The notes: generated by a model from the letters alone, not told the origin. Positions 30,841 through 41,613 are shown, numbered from the stretch's first letter. The stretch: DNA of 64,000 nucleotides from Trichormus sp. ATA11-4-KO1 (GCA_019358915.1 JAHHIM010000065.1:305453-369452); one strand, 5' to 3'. Numbers and translations are program-made.

Positions 30841-31296
30841 ATGACTGTTTACACAACTACTTCACTCAAGGCAGAACTAAATGAACGAGGCTGGCGTTTA
30901 ACTCCCCAGCGCGAGACAATTCTACACATTTTTCAAGAACTTCCGCAAGGTGAACATCTGAGTGCAGAGGATCTTTATCATCGATTAGAAGGCGAAGGTG
31001 AAGGTATCAGTCTTTCAACTATTTATCGAACGTTGAAGTTGATGGCACGCATGGGGATTTTGCGGGAATTAGAACTGGGAGAAGGACATAAGCATTACGA
31101 GATCAACCAACCCTACCCCCATCACCACCACCACCTAATTTGTGTTAAGTGCAACGCGACTATTGAGTTCAAAAACGACTCTATTTTAAAGATAGGGGCA
31201 AAAACTGCTCAAAAAGAAGGTTTTCACCTCCTTGACTGTCAAATGACAATCCATGCAGTATGTCCCAAGTGCCAACGTTCACTGATGCCGTTGTAG
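30841..31296 (+). CDS. furA: Ferric uptake regulator FurA
   Basis: MTVYTTTSLKAELNERGWRLTPQRE, STIYRTL, HHHHHLICVKC, CPKC. Confidence 0.95.
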   Translation: MTVYTTTSLKAELNERGWRLTPQRETILHIFQELPQGEHLSAEDLYHRLEGEGEGISLSTIYRTLKLMARMGILRELELGEGHKHYEINQPYPHHHHHLICVKCNATIEFKNDSILKIGAKTAQKEGFHLLDCQMTIHAVCPKCQRSLMPL

Positions 31297-31400
31297 CACT
31301 TGGGTGAGATAACAAAGCGAAATGACTTAGATGATTAATTCGCTGTTATCGGAGGTAAGCAAGCAGTTGGCAGATCAAACAGATAATATCTCGGCGGATG

Positions 31401-32618
31401 CTAAAAGCGTCCGCTTCTGATATCACTGAGACTGACCCCATAGAATTCCTGGGCTTGCTTAATCGCTTTTTTTGTATCATCTGCCATCACGCCGTTGAGA
31501 TTGCCTTTATAAAAACCTTTTTCCCTGAGTCGTCTTTGGATTTCCAGGACACTAAAATCACTCTTGGGAGCAGTATTAATTAAGTTATATAACTTACCTC
31601 TGGTTGTAGGTCCAGCAATACCACTAGCTGCCAAGTAATTAGCTGCCTGAAATCGACGTACAGCATCGGCAGTGTAGGAACCAAAGTAACCATTTGGTGT
31701 TCCTTTGAGGTATCCGGCGCGGATCAGATGTTCTTGCAGAACTCTGACTGCTTCACCCCGGTGGCCCATCGTCAGGTGATCTCTATTAGCTGTTTGTCTG
31801 GTGGGAGGTGCTTCTCCACCAACACCAATGGGTGGTAACTTGCCTATTGTTGCTGGGCCGACAATCCCATCAACATCTAATTTGTAAGCTTCTTGGAACC
31901 GCTTGACAGCTTCTTCAGTAATTGGGCCAAATACCCCTGTGGCATTACCAAAATAAAACCCCGCAACTCGCAGCCTTTGTTGTAAAACCTTGACATCTTC
32001 GCCTTCATCACCTCTGACAAGGAGGTTAGGATTACGGCGTTTAGTTTGAGTACCAATAGCACTAATTGTTGTAGTTGGTGCAGTGGCAGTACTGGTTCTG
32101 GGCGCTGGTCTACTGGTATTACTAGCAGTACTAGGTCTTGGAGGTTGTGTAGTGGTACTACTAACGGTAGGAACTTGTGTACTAGCAGTACTAGGTCTTG
32201 GAGGTTGATTACTTGCTTGTTGTGGGCGCCAGCTTTCTAATTTTTGCCGTGTGCTTACTCCGACAATGCCATCAACTGTTAAACCATTAGCTTGTTGGAA
32301 GCGCCGCACGGCTTCTTCTGTGGAGAAATCATAAACTTGTGTAATAGGAGCTTGATAAAATCCTGCTTGTTGTAACTTTTGTTGCAGATTCCTGACAGAA
32401 GGGCCTTGATCACCTCGTTCTAGTGCCAAAACGCTACTGACAGAACCAAGAATAGCTAAAGTGAGCGCTAGGGGTAACATGTGTTTCCACGCTCTACTAG
32501 AAAGACGCTTCCAGTCTGGTGCTGCGGCTGTGTTTAATAAATAACTCAGAGACACCAATTCAATGGAGGCGCTGTCTTCATAGGCATCAGCTAGGTGCAA
32601 ATACGCAAGGTTGTCCAT
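31401..32618 (-). CDS. Peptidoglycan-binding domain protein convergent with furA
   Basis: Repeated PG_binding_1 units (TEEAVRRFQ...DGIVG) after a hydrophobic N-terminal segment; Ser/Thr/Pro linker. Confidence 0.9.
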   Translation of the reverse strand: MDNLAYLHLADAYEDSASIELVSLSYLLNTAAAPDWKRLSSRAWKHMLPLALTLAILGSVSSVLALERGDQGPSVRNLQQKLQQAGFYQAPITQVYDFSTEEAVRRFQQANGLTVDGIVGVSTRQKLESWRPQQASNQPPRPSTASTQVPTVSSTTTQPPRPSTASNTSRPAPRTSTATAPTTTISAIGTQTKRRNPNLLVRGDEGEDVKVLQQRLRVAGFYFGNATGVFGPITEEAVKRFQEAYKLDVDGIVGPATIGKLPPIGVGGEAPPTRQTANRDHLTMGHRGEAVRVLQEHLIRAGYLKGTPNGYFGSYTADAVRRFQAANYLAASGIAGPTTRGKLYNLINTAPKSDFSVLEIQRRLREKGFYKGNLNGVMADDTKKAIKQAQEFYGVSLSDIRSGRF

Positions 32619-32636
32619 ATCTGTTTCCTACACCAA

Positions 32637-35600
32637 TTATTTTTCTTCAATGGTCGCTTCAGCTTGATGTACGAGATTTCGCAAATTTTCTAATGTCTGT
32701 ATATTTACATCCTGCCATAAACTGCGCTGGTGTGCTTCTAATAATTTTTCAGCAATATCACGCAACGCCCAAGGATTTTTATCCTGGATAAATTCACAGA
32801 CAACGGGATCAAATACATACGCCTGGGCAATACCCTCATACATGTGGTCTTCCACACATTGGGCGGTAGCATCGTAGGCAAATAAATAATCTACTGTAGC
32901 TGCCATTTCAAATGCACCTTTGTAACCGTGGCGCATCATACCCTCAATCCATTTGGGATTAACTACGCGAGAACGATACACTCTGGCGATTTCGGCTTTT
33001 AATTGGCGGACACGTGGTTGAGCAGGAATGGAATTATCACCAAAATAAGTTGCGGGGTTTTTGCCTTGAAGTGAGCGTACGGCTGCTGTTAAACCACCCT
33101 GAAATTGATAATAATCATCAGAATCCAGCAAGTCATGTTCGCGGTTGTCTTGGTTGTGTAAGACAATTTGCATTTGTGTTAAACGCTGTTTAAAAGCTTC
33201 TGGCGCAGAAATTCCCACTAATCCCCCTTTTTCGTCAGGGTCAGCAGTAGTGTAAGCGTAACAACTCCAATTGATGTAAGCACGTGCTAAATCCTGATCA
33301 TCTGTCCAATTTTGTGACTCCATTAAACCTTGCAGGCCTGCACCATAAGCACCTGGTTGAGAACCAAAAACGCGATATTGCGATCGCATCACGGCTGCAT
33401 CCACAGTCAAACCTTGTTCCATCCAAAAATCAGTATCTTGGCTAACTTGTGCTGCCAGGGGATTATACTCTGGGGATTCATCCAGTGCTGCTACGGCTGC
33501 TACAGCTTGCTCAAATAAATCGATTAAGTTAGGAAAGGCATCGCGAAAGAATCCAGAAATTCGCAAAGTGACATCGACACGGGGTCGTCCCAAAATACTC
33601 AAGGGCAAGATTTCAAAATCCACTACCCGCCTGGCTGCACCATCCCAAACAGGTTGCACACCCATTAATGCCAAAGCTTCGGCAATATCATCACCGCCAG
33701 TCCGCATCGTAGCAGTTCCCCACACAGATAAACCCAATGTTTGGGGATATTCACCGTTTTCTTGGGTGTAGCACTCAATTAAGTTTTCCGCCGCTTTTCT
33801 ACCTACATCCCAAGCAGTCTCTGTGGGAATAGCGCGAATATCCACAGAATAAAAGTTTTTGCCTGTAGGTAAGACCTCCGGGCGGCCGCGTGTGGGTGCG
33901 CCAGAAGGGCCACTGGGGATGTATCTACCATCAAGTCCGTGGAGTAAGTTGGTGATTTCTTGGTGGGTTTGTTTTAAAGCGGGGAGGAGTTTGGTGTTAA
34001 TCCAGTCAAGAGTGGAGGAGAGTGGGGAGTGGGGAGTGGGGAGTGGGGGGGATAAGGGAGTTAGGAATTGTTCTATTAGCTTGGCTGCGTGTGCTTCTAG
34101 TATTTCTACTGCGTCGCCGATGGTGCGACAGGGGTTTGGGGTTTTGGTGGCTAAAATTTGTTGATCAGTTGCAGATAACTGAGTGCTGAAGCCTGTTGTG
34201 AGGGGGTCGAAGTCTAAACCCCATTCTGTGGCTATGGCACGGGTAATACCTATAGAGTAGCGATTGGGGATGCGGGCGATCGCTACAATTAAATCTCGCA
34301 GTTGTCGTCCTTGGGGACATTGCCCAAAGATATGTAAACCATCGCGAATTTGGGCTTCTTTTAATTCACAAAGATAGCCGCCGATGAAATTCAAAATTAC
34401 AGATTCAAACTTTAAAATATCGGTGGCATCTTGAATACCTAAATCTTTGTGAAGATTTTCGGTGATGACTAATTCGCGAATGCGATCGCGGATTGCTGGT
34501 AAACGTGAAGGATCTAAACTTTCGGCTTCGTAATATTCATCAACTAAATTTTCTAACTGTTGCAACGCCCCATAAAGTTCAGCACGGGTCATCGGGGGTG
34601 TTAAATGATCTAAAATCACTGCTTGGGCGCGACGTTTAGCTTGGGAACCTTCACCTGGGTCATTAACAATAAACGGGTACAGGTGAGGAACCGGGCCTAA
34701 AGCAACTTCCGGGTAACACGTATTAGATAACGCCACACTTTTACCAGGTAGCCATTCTAAATTGCCATGTTTCCCCACATGAACAATAGCATCAGCCCCA
34801 AAACTTTCTCTTACCCAATGATAAAAAGCTAAATAATCATGAGTAGGTACCAAATCTGGCGCATGATAATTCAAACTAGGGTCAATATCATAACCCCGTG
34901 ATGGCTGAATTCCCACGAAGACGTTACCGAGTTGAATCCCAGGAATGGGGAGCAGGGGAGAAGAAGCAGGGGGGCAGGGGGCAGGGGGCAGGGGGGAATT
35001 ATACTTATTTTCTTCCTCTGTGTTCTCTGTGTCTCTGTGGTTAGCCCATCTTTCACTAACTTCTTGCTGTACAACTTCCGGTAAAGTAGCAAAATACTCT
35101 TGATACGTCTCACCAGATAAACTTTGCTGCACCGAACGCCATTCTCTGCCTTCTGGGTCATTGGTCACGCCATCGGTAAGACGTTGAATTAATTCATCTC
35201 CGTGGCTGGGGGCATTTTCTACTAAATACCCAGTCGCTTGTAAAGCCTTAATTATTTCCATACAACTAGCTGGTGTGTCCAATCCTACGCCATTAGCTAA
35301 CCTACCATTACGATTGGGGTAATTTGCCAAAATCAGGGCAATACGCCGTTCTTGGGGTGCTTTAGAACGGAGACGTACCCAATTGGCTGCTAATTGGGCG
35401 ACAAACTCAATGCGATCGCTTACTGGTTCATAAACTACTACATCTGTTTCTAAGTCAGGATTTCGGGTTTGTAATGCCTTAAAAGACACAGCACGAGTAA
35501 TAATTCGCCCATCGACCTCCGGTAGTGCCACATTCATCGCCATATCGCGGGGAGAAAGCCCTTGCGATTGTGATTCCCACTGTTCCACACCACCGCCACT

Positions 35601-36557
35601 AAGAATCACTTGTAAAACCGGCACATTTAACTTTTGCCATAAGTCAAGTTGGGGTGCTTCTGTTTCCAACCGTGCCAGAGAAAAACTCGTAGTATTTAGT
35701 AATACACCAATTTGCTCTGAGTCTTTCGGCTGAAAAAACTCACTCAATTCTGCTTGCACATCAGGGTCACGTAATGAAGAAACAAACAACGGCACAGGTT
35801 GTAAATTACGCTGTACTAAAGCCGTACACAAAGCATCAATTACCTTGGTATTTCCTGATAGATAATGAGCGCGGTAGAATAGAATGCCGACTTTGGGAAG
35901 TAGGGAGATGGGGGGATAGGGAAGTATTTTTGTTCTTGTCCCCTTGTCCTCTTGTCCCCTTATCCCTTTGTCCTCTTGTCCTTTTGTCCCCTTGTCTCCA
36001 GTTTCCAGTCCCCAGTTATACAAACCAACGCGCGGAACTCCTTGCGGTGGTGAGAAATTAAATGAAGTGTCAAGGCAAATATCTGAAATAAATTTGAAGG
36101 CATTAACAATATTTTCCACTCCACCTTCGCTGAAATATTGTAATACTTGATTAACAACACCCAAAGGTAAGGTAGACTGAGAGATTAATTCGGGATCAAG
36201 ACCATCGTCTCCAGGCATTACAATCAGCGTTATACTCTGACGTTGCACGATTTCCTGTACTACTTCTAAGCCATAAGCCCAGTAGGAACGTCCTCCTAAT
36301 AAGCGTAAAATAATTACTTGGGCATGTTCTAAAACTTGCTCGCCGTAAGCATCTATACTTATTTGTTGCTGCAACTGCAATAAGTTGGCGACTCTTAATG
36401 CAGGGAAATTTGCAGGTAATTTGGGGACTACTGCTGCTAGGGTTTGAATGTCGGTGTCAGCAGCAGTAATAAACACAAAAGGGGCTGGACTTTGTTCAAT
36501 AAAAGTTAAATTTTCAGACTGATTCCATCCGCCTGATGTGGCACTTATACGATGCAT
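32637..36557 (-). CDS. cobN: Cobaltochelatase subunit CobN
   Basis: MHRISATSGGW, ALPEVDGR, HVGKHGNLEWLPGK, LPTGKNFY, LRISGFFRD, NPKWIEGMMRHGYKGA. Confidence 0.96.
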   Translation of the reverse strand: MHRISATSGGWNQSENLTFIEQSPAPFVFITAADTDIQTLAAVVPKLPANFPALRVANLLQLQQQISIDAYGEQVLEHAQVIILRLLGGRSYWAYGLEVVQEIVQRQSITLIVMPGDDGLDPELISQSTLPLGVVNQVLQYFSEGGVENIVNAFKFISDICLDTSFNFSPPQGVPRVGLYNWGLETGDKGTKGQEDKGIRGQEDKGTRTKILPYPPISLLPKVGILFYRAHYLSGNTKVIDALCTALVQRNLQPVPLFVSSLRDPDVQAELSEFFQPKDSEQIGVLLNTTSFSLARLETEAPQLDLWQKLNVPVLQVILSGGGVEQWESQSQGLSPRDMAMNVALPEVDGRIITRAVSFKALQTRNPDLETDVVVYEPVSDRIEFVAQLAANWVRLRSKAPQERRIALILANYPNRNGRLANGVGLDTPASCMEIIKALQATGYLVENAPSHGDELIQRLTDGVTNDPEGREWRSVQQSLSGETYQEYFATLPEVVQQEVSERWANHRDTENTEEENKYNSPLPPAPCPPASSPLLPIPGIQLGNVFVGIQPSRGYDIDPSLNYHAPDLVPTHDYLAFYHWVRESFGADAIVHVGKHGNLEWLPGKSVALSNTCYPEVALGPVPHLYPFIVNDPGEGSQAKRRAQAVILDHLTPPMTRAELYGALQQLENLVDEYYEAESLDPSRLPAIRDRIRELVITENLHKDLGIQDATDILKFESVILNFIGGYLCELKEAQIRDGLHIFGQCPQGRQLRDLIVAIARIPNRYSIGITRAIATEWGLDFDPLTTGFSTQLSATDQQILATKTPNPCRTIGDAVEILEAHAAKLIEQFLTPLSPPLPTPHSPLSSTLDWINTKLLPALKQTHQEITNLLHGLDGRYIPSGPSGAPTRGRPEVLPTGKNFYSVDIRAIPTETAWDVGRKAAENLIECYTQENGEYPQTLGLSVWGTATMRTGGDDIAEALALMGVQPVWDGAARRVVDFEILPLSILGRPRVDVTLRISGFFRDAFPNLIDLFEQAVAAVAALDESPEYNPLAAQVSQDTDFWMEQGLTVDAAVMRSQYRVFGSQPGAYGAGLQGLMESQNWTDDQDLARAYINWSCYAYTTADPDEKGGLVGISAPEAFKQRLTQMQIVLHNQDNREHDLLDSDDYYQFQGGLTAAVRSLQGKNPATYFGDNSIPAQPRVRQLKAEIARVYRSRVVNPKWIEGMMRHGYKGAFEMAATVDYLFAYDATAQCVEDHMYEGIAQAYVFDPVVCEFIQDKNPWALRDIAEKLLEAHQRSLWQDVNIQTLENLRNLVHQAEATIEEK

Positions 36558-36647
36558 AATCCTGTATTACCGTTTTAAACTGTTGGTTAGAAGACAATTA
36601 CAAAAATTTGGACGTAGCCTTCAGCCTTTATTATCAGACCATTGAAA

Positions 36648-38537
36648 ATGCTTAGTTCCTCTGATGCGAGCTTTTCTCGAAACTTGCCTTTAGTTGTATT
36701 TAATCAACTTGGGGAATTATTACAGCAGATGGCTCAAGCATTAGGAACTGCTGCATTGGTACTCACAGAAGCTGTATTGGTAAGGATTTGCACTCCTTTA
36801 GAGTGGCAAAATCAAAAATTTACGCTAGTGATTTCTGAGCAGTTTAGCGCACTTTTAGTGGGCAAATTGGAGCAAGGGGAGCCAGGAATTTACTCAACAC
36901 TCAATACTACGTTGACATTTAATTCCGAGGCGATCGCCTGCTTTATTTCGCAATTGCGAGACTTATTTGAGTGTGATTCCTACACTCATCAAAATCTTGA
37001 ACACTATCGTCAAGTTCTCAGTCCTAACGATGCCAAACTCCAAGCTAAATTTACACTGTTGTTATTAGAATATCTCCTACCACAAGAAAATGTGGACGCG
37101 ACAGAACCTTCAAGTACCAATAACCCTGAAGTGTATGTCTGTCAGGCTGTGGAAGATGCCCTAAAAAAACAAATTTCCCAAGAACAATTGTTAAATCAGG
37201 TAACGACCCAGATCCGCAAAAGCTTAGATTTGCCAGTAATTATGGCCACAGCGATCACTCAAGTGCGGGAGTTTCTAGAACTAGACAGATTAGTAATATA
37301 TAAATTTGAGGGTGCAAGAGTCAATACTCAAAACCTGCCCCAACCCCCAATACAAAATCTACAACAGTATGGGGGTTGCATTGTCTATGAAGCCCGTGCT
37401 AGAAATACCATTCCCTCGGTGTTGTATTACCAGGAAAGAACCTGTTTCAATAGAAATTCCCCATGTTGGGAGAAATATCGCCAAGGATTTACCTTAGTTG
37501 TTGATGATGTCGAAAAAACTTATGCCTTAGAAGCATGTTTGTTAAATTTTTTAAGGGAAAGCCAAGTTAGAGCAAAGTTGGCAGCACCGATTATATTTGA
37601 AGAAAAGCTGTGGGGGCTGTTGATTGCTCATCAATGTGACACTCCACGAGAATGGGCTGAAAGTGACAAAAACTTACTTACTTCCATAGCTGAACAATTA
37701 GCGATCGCCATTCATCAAGCTGAGTTAATGCGCTCTCTGACTGAAGAAAAACAAACTCTCGAACAACGCGTAATTGAGCGCACAATGGCTTTACGCGAGG
37801 CTTTACTGGCTGCTGAAGCCGCTAGCCGCCTCAGAAATGAATTTCTCGCTACCATCAGCCATGAATTGCTCACCCCTTTAACTTACGTGATTGGCATGTC
37901 TTCCACACTGTTACGCTGGCCTTTGGGTGAATTGACTGGGCGCCAACGAGATTATCTGCAAACAATCCACGACAGTGGAGAACATTTATTAGAAATGATT
38001 AATGACATCCTCGATTTATCCCAAATTGAGGCAGGTAAAACAGTTTTAAATATTACAGAATTTTCCTTAGCAGATACAGCACAAAGGACAGTGGCATCCC
38101 TATCAGAAAAAGCCACTAGTAAACAAATTAATCTCAAACTTGATTTACAAATCGACCCACGACGCGATCGCTTTACTGCTGATGCGGGGCGAGTAGAACA
38201 AATTCTCTGGAATCTGTTAACTAATGCGATTAAATTTACCCCTGAAGGTGGCAGTGTCACCTTGCGTATCTGGGTAGAAGATGATACCGCTATCTTTCAA
38301 GTCGAAGACACGGGAATTGGCATTCCCGAAGAGCAATTACCACTTTTGTTTGAAAAATTCCAGCAACTTGATACACCATTACGTCGCCGCTACGAAGGCA
38401 CTGGACTCGGTTTAGCTTTAACTAAACAACTTGTAGAACTTCATCGGGGTCGAATTGAAGTAGAATCTACTGTGGCCATTGGCTCAATTTTCACTGTGTG
38501 GATACCAGCCCAACTCAGAGTGGGGAGTAGGGAGTAG
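36648..38537 (+). CDS. cikA: GAF-domain sensor histidine kinase, CikA-like, without C-terminal receiver
   Basis: CikA-type N-terminus, GAF (LDRLVIYKF, TCF..CW..YRQG, LWGLLIAHQC), H-box SHELLTPL, N and G boxes. Confidence 0.75.
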   Translation: MLSSSDASFSRNLPLVVFNQLGELLQQMAQALGTAALVLTEAVLVRICTPLEWQNQKFTLVISEQFSALLVGKLEQGEPGIYSTLNTTLTFNSEAIACFISQLRDLFECDSYTHQNLEHYRQVLSPNDAKLQAKFTLLLLEYLLPQENVDATEPSSTNNPEVYVCQAVEDALKKQISQEQLLNQVTTQIRKSLDLPVIMATAITQVREFLELDRLVIYKFEGARVNTQNLPQPPIQNLQQYGGCIVYEARARNTIPSVLYYQERTCFNRNSPCWEKYRQGFTLVVDDVEKTYALEACLLNFLRESQVRAKLAAPIIFEEKLWGLLIAHQCDTPREWAESDKNLLTSIAEQLAIAIHQAELMRSLTEEKQTLEQRVIERTMALREALLAAEAASRLRNEFLATISHELLTPLTYVIGMSSTLLRWPLGELTGRQRDYLQTIHDSGEHLLEMINDILDLSQIEAGKTVLNITEFSLADTAQRTVASLSEKATSKQINLKLDLQIDPRRDRFTADAGRVEQILWNLLTNAIKFTPEGGSVTLRIWVEDDTAIFQVEDTGIGIPEEQLPLLFEKFQQLDTPLRRRYEGTGLGLALTKQLVELHRGRIEVESTVAIGSIFTVWIPAQLRVGSRE

Positions 38538-38577
38538 AGAGTGGGGAGTGGGGAGTGGAAAAAATATTTCAAATTCT

Positions 38578-38611
38578 AATTACGAATTACGAATTACGAA
38601 TTACGAATTAC
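38578..38611. repeat. STRR heptamer tandem repeat (AATTACG)x4+
   Basis: Seen directly; preceded by a GAGTGGG-type array at about 38518-38558. Confidence 0.9.
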
Positions 38612-38629
38612 CAATGATGGGAGAACGTA

Positions 38630-40141
38630 ATGACAGCAGGGTTGCCAGAAAAACGGGTAGTAGTGGTCGGTGCTGGTTGGGCTGGTTTAGGCGCAACCTA
38701 CCATCTGGCCAAACAAGGATACGATGTTACACTTCTTGAAGCAGGGTCTTATCCCGGCGGACTTGTAGCAGGTTGGAAAACAACAGCAGGCAAATCTGTA
38801 GAAGCGGGAATTCACGGTTTTTGGTACCCTTACAGAAATATTTTTGCCCTGATTAATGAATTAGAAATTAATCCCTTCACCACCTGGACTCGTTCCGCCC
38901 AATATTCACCTGCGGGGTTGGAAGTTGAATCACCGATTTTTCAAGACTTACCGCGACTGCCTTCACCTTTGGGTACTTTTCTCTACACTCAGTTTCAACG
39001 GCTGCCATTAATTGATCGTCTCAGCGCTTTGCCTTTGCTTTACTCTGTTGTAGATTTTGATAATTCCGATGAAGCTTGGCGGCGTTACGATTTTGTCACA
39101 GCCCGTGAATTATTCAAAGATTTTGGTGTTTCTGCCCGACTTTACAAAGAAGCCTTTGAACCCATGTTGTTGGTGGGTTTATTTGCCCCTGGTGAACAAT
39201 GTTCAGCCGCAGCTACATTAGGGATGCTGTACTTTTTTATTCTGGCTCACCAACCTGATTTTGATGTGGTTTGGTGTCGGGGAACTGTCGGGGAAAAAAT
39301 ATTTCGTCCTTGGGTAGAAAGAATTGAAAAAGCTGGTGCGAAAGTGCTACCCTTACGACGTGTTACTGACTTAATTGTTGATAGTCAGAATCGGGCTAAA
39401 GGTGTTGTTTGCGGTGATGAAATATTTGCTGCCGATGCCGTAATTTTTGCGGTGGGAATTACGGGAATGCAGAAAATTGTCTCAACTAGCCCCAGCTTAC
39501 AAACCCGCGAAGAATTCCGCAATTTGCATAATTTAGGGGCAATCGATGTTTTAGCTACTCGGTTATGGTTTGATTGCAAAATTGAGATTCCTCGTCCTTC
39601 TAATGCTTGCTTTGGCTTTGATGCCACTACGGGATGGACGTTTTTTGATTTAAATGCTCTACATGATGAATATAAAAATGAGACAGGAACAGTGATTGAA
39701 GCTGATTTTTATCATGCCAATCAATTTCTCGGTATGAGTGATGCAGAAATTGTCACCAAAGTCCAAAATTATTTAGCAACTTGTGTACCAGGATTTCGCC
39801 AGGCGACAGTAGTAGATAGTAGTGTGATTCGGTTACCAAAAGCAGTGACTCACTTCGCACCTGGTAGCTATCGTCATATGTTGCCAGCTAAAACCAGTTT
39901 TGGAAATGTATTTATGAGTGGCGATTGGATTGTCACTCGTCACGGTGCTTGGTCACAAGAAAAAGCTTATGTTACTGGTTTAGAAGCGGCAAATTTAGTA
40001 GTGTCCTATTTAGGAAAGGGTCAGCCATCTGATATTTTACCTGTAGAAGCGGACGAAGCACATATACAAGTGGCGCGATCGCTCAACCAAACAGTGCGTG
40101 ACTTGGGTAAATCTATTTTGCCTGACTTTTGGTTACCTTAA
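38630..40141 (+). CDS. FAD-dependent oxidoreductase (amine oxidase / carotene desaturase-like)
   Basis: VVGAGWAGLGA, PGGL, EAGIHGFW, SGDW...SQEKAYVTG. Confidence 0.85.
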   Translation: MTAGLPEKRVVVVGAGWAGLGATYHLAKQGYDVTLLEAGSYPGGLVAGWKTTAGKSVEAGIHGFWYPYRNIFALINELEINPFTTWTRSAQYSPAGLEVESPIFQDLPRLPSPLGTFLYTQFQRLPLIDRLSALPLLYSVVDFDNSDEAWRRYDFVTARELFKDFGVSARLYKEAFEPMLLVGLFAPGEQCSAAATLGMLYFFILAHQPDFDVVWCRGTVGEKIFRPWVERIEKAGAKVLPLRRVTDLIVDSQNRAKGVVCGDEIFAADAVIFAVGITGMQKIVSTSPSLQTREEFRNLHNLGAIDVLATRLWFDCKIEIPRPSNACFGFDATTGWTFFDLNALHDEYKNETGTVIEADFYHANQFLGMSDAEIVTKVQNYLATCVPGFRQATVVDSSVIRLPKAVTHFAPGSYRHMLPAKTSFGNVFMSGDWIVTRHGAWSQEKAYVTGLEAANLVVSYLGKGQPSDILPVEADEAHIQVARSLNQTVRDLGKSILPDFWLP

Positions 40142-40284
40142 TCAGTGTGAATTCGATAGACCTCACCCCAACCCCTCTGGGCGCCGGAGAGAGGCTTAAA
40201 TATCCTTAATTACCAACGAAAAATCAAGGTTTAAAAACCGGTTTTTGATATTCGTCGAACTCACGTTACATTGAGTAGCAATAT

Positions 40285-41613
40285 CTATGCAACTTGGAGA
40301 ACTCGCTGTTGAATGGGAATTTTAATCACGAATTCCGTCCCTTTTCCGGGTGTGGATTGGCAGCAAAGACTGCCACCATGTTTCTCTACAATAATCTGGT
40401 AACTGATAGACAACCCTAATCCGGTTCCTTTACCAACAGGTTTCGTCGTAAAAAAGGGATCAAATAGCTTGGCTTGCACAGCTTCACTCATTCCTGGTCC
40501 ATTATCAGTAATATGGATAGCAGCCCAATCATTGCCAATCATTTTAGTACTAATCTCAATTCGACTTGGTTGCTGCTTTATTTCTGCAAACGAACGCTGT
40601 TGATTGTATTCATCCAAGGCATCAATGGCATTAGCCAGAATATTCATAAATACTTGATTTAGCCTGCCTGTATAGCAATCAATTAATGGTAATTGACCGT
40701 AATTTCTCACTACTTCAATACCAGGATGCTCTGGTTTTGCCTTTAAGCGGTAATTCAAAATGGTGAGTGTACTGTCAATTCCTTCATGAATATTGACTGT
40801 TTTCACATTAAGTTCGTCTACACGAGAGAAAACCCGCATAGATTTGACGATTTCATGGATGCGTTTTGCACCCATATTCATTGATTGGAACAGCTTCAAC
40901 AAGTCATCTTCAATAAACTCTAAGTCAGTTGTTTCTAATTCTGCTTGGATAAGAGGAGTGGGATTAGGGTATTCTTTTTGATAAATGTGCAGAAGTTTTA
41001 GTATATCTTGGGTATATTCATTAGCATGAATGAGATTACCATAAATGAAATTTACAGGGTTATTAATCTCATGAGTAATACCCGCAACCATCTCTCCTAA
41101 ACTAGATAGTTTCTCGCTTTGAATTAGCTTAATTTGCATTTCTTGCATATCAGTGTATGCAAGACTTAATTCGGCAATTTTTTGCTCTAATAGCCTATTT
41201 TTCTGCTCCAATTTTTCAGACAAATCATACAACTTTAGATGTAATTTCACCCGTGATAACACCTCTTCTTGCTGGAAAGGTTTGGTGATATAGTCTACCG
41301 CCCCAGCTTCAAACCCTTCAACTTTATTGGCAGTGTCAGAGAGGGCGGTCATAAAGATGACTGGAATTTCTTTAGTTGCTGAATTGGCCTTTAGTTGACG
41401 ACAAGTTTCAAATCCATCTATTTCTGGCATCATCACATCCAATAAAATTAAATGGGGTAGGGCATATTTGACCCTTTCTAAAGCTACTTTTCCAGATTTT
41501 GCTACCCACACTTCTAAGCCTGCCTGATCAAGGGCATCAGATAAAACACCTAAGTTGGCAGGATGATCATCAACAATGAGAACCGTTGCAGTTTGCTCAG
41601 ATACAAAATTCAT
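40285..41613 (-). CDS. Receiver-histidine kinase hybrid
   Basis: LIVDD, LLDVMMP, DYITKPF; THEINNP, QVFMNILANAIDA, DPFFTTKPVGKGTGLGL. Confidence 0.93.
   Translation of the reverse strand: MNFVSEQTATVLIVDDHPANLGVLSDALDQAGLEVWVAKSGKVALERVKYALPHLILLDVMMPEIDGFETCRQLKANSATKEIPVIFMTALSDTANKVEGFEAGAVDYITKPFQQEEVLSRVKLHLKLYDLSEKLEQKNRLLEQKIAELSLAYTDMQEMQIKLIQSEKLSSLGEMVAGITHEINNPVNFIYGNLIHANEYTQDILKLLHIYQKEYPNPTPLIQAELETTDLEFIEDDLLKLFQSMNMGAKRIHEIVKSMRVFSRVDELNVKTVNIHEGIDSTLTILNYRLKAKPEHPGIEVVRNYGQLPLIDCYTGRLNQVFMNILANAIDALDEYNQQRSFAEIKQQPSRIEISTKMIGNDWAAIHITDNGPGMSEAVQAKLFDPFFTTKPVGKGTGLGLSISYQIIVEKHGGSLCCQSTPGKGTEFVIKIPIQQRVLQVA

Noticed and set aside
36558..36647. Cobalamin riboswitch upstream of cobN
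   Set aside because: The intergenic gap is only about 90 nt and no B12-box is visible.
40143..40269. MITE with AACGTGAGTTCGA-type ends
   Set aside because: The right end is clear but the left matches only about 11/18 and no target duplication is visible; too degraded to call.
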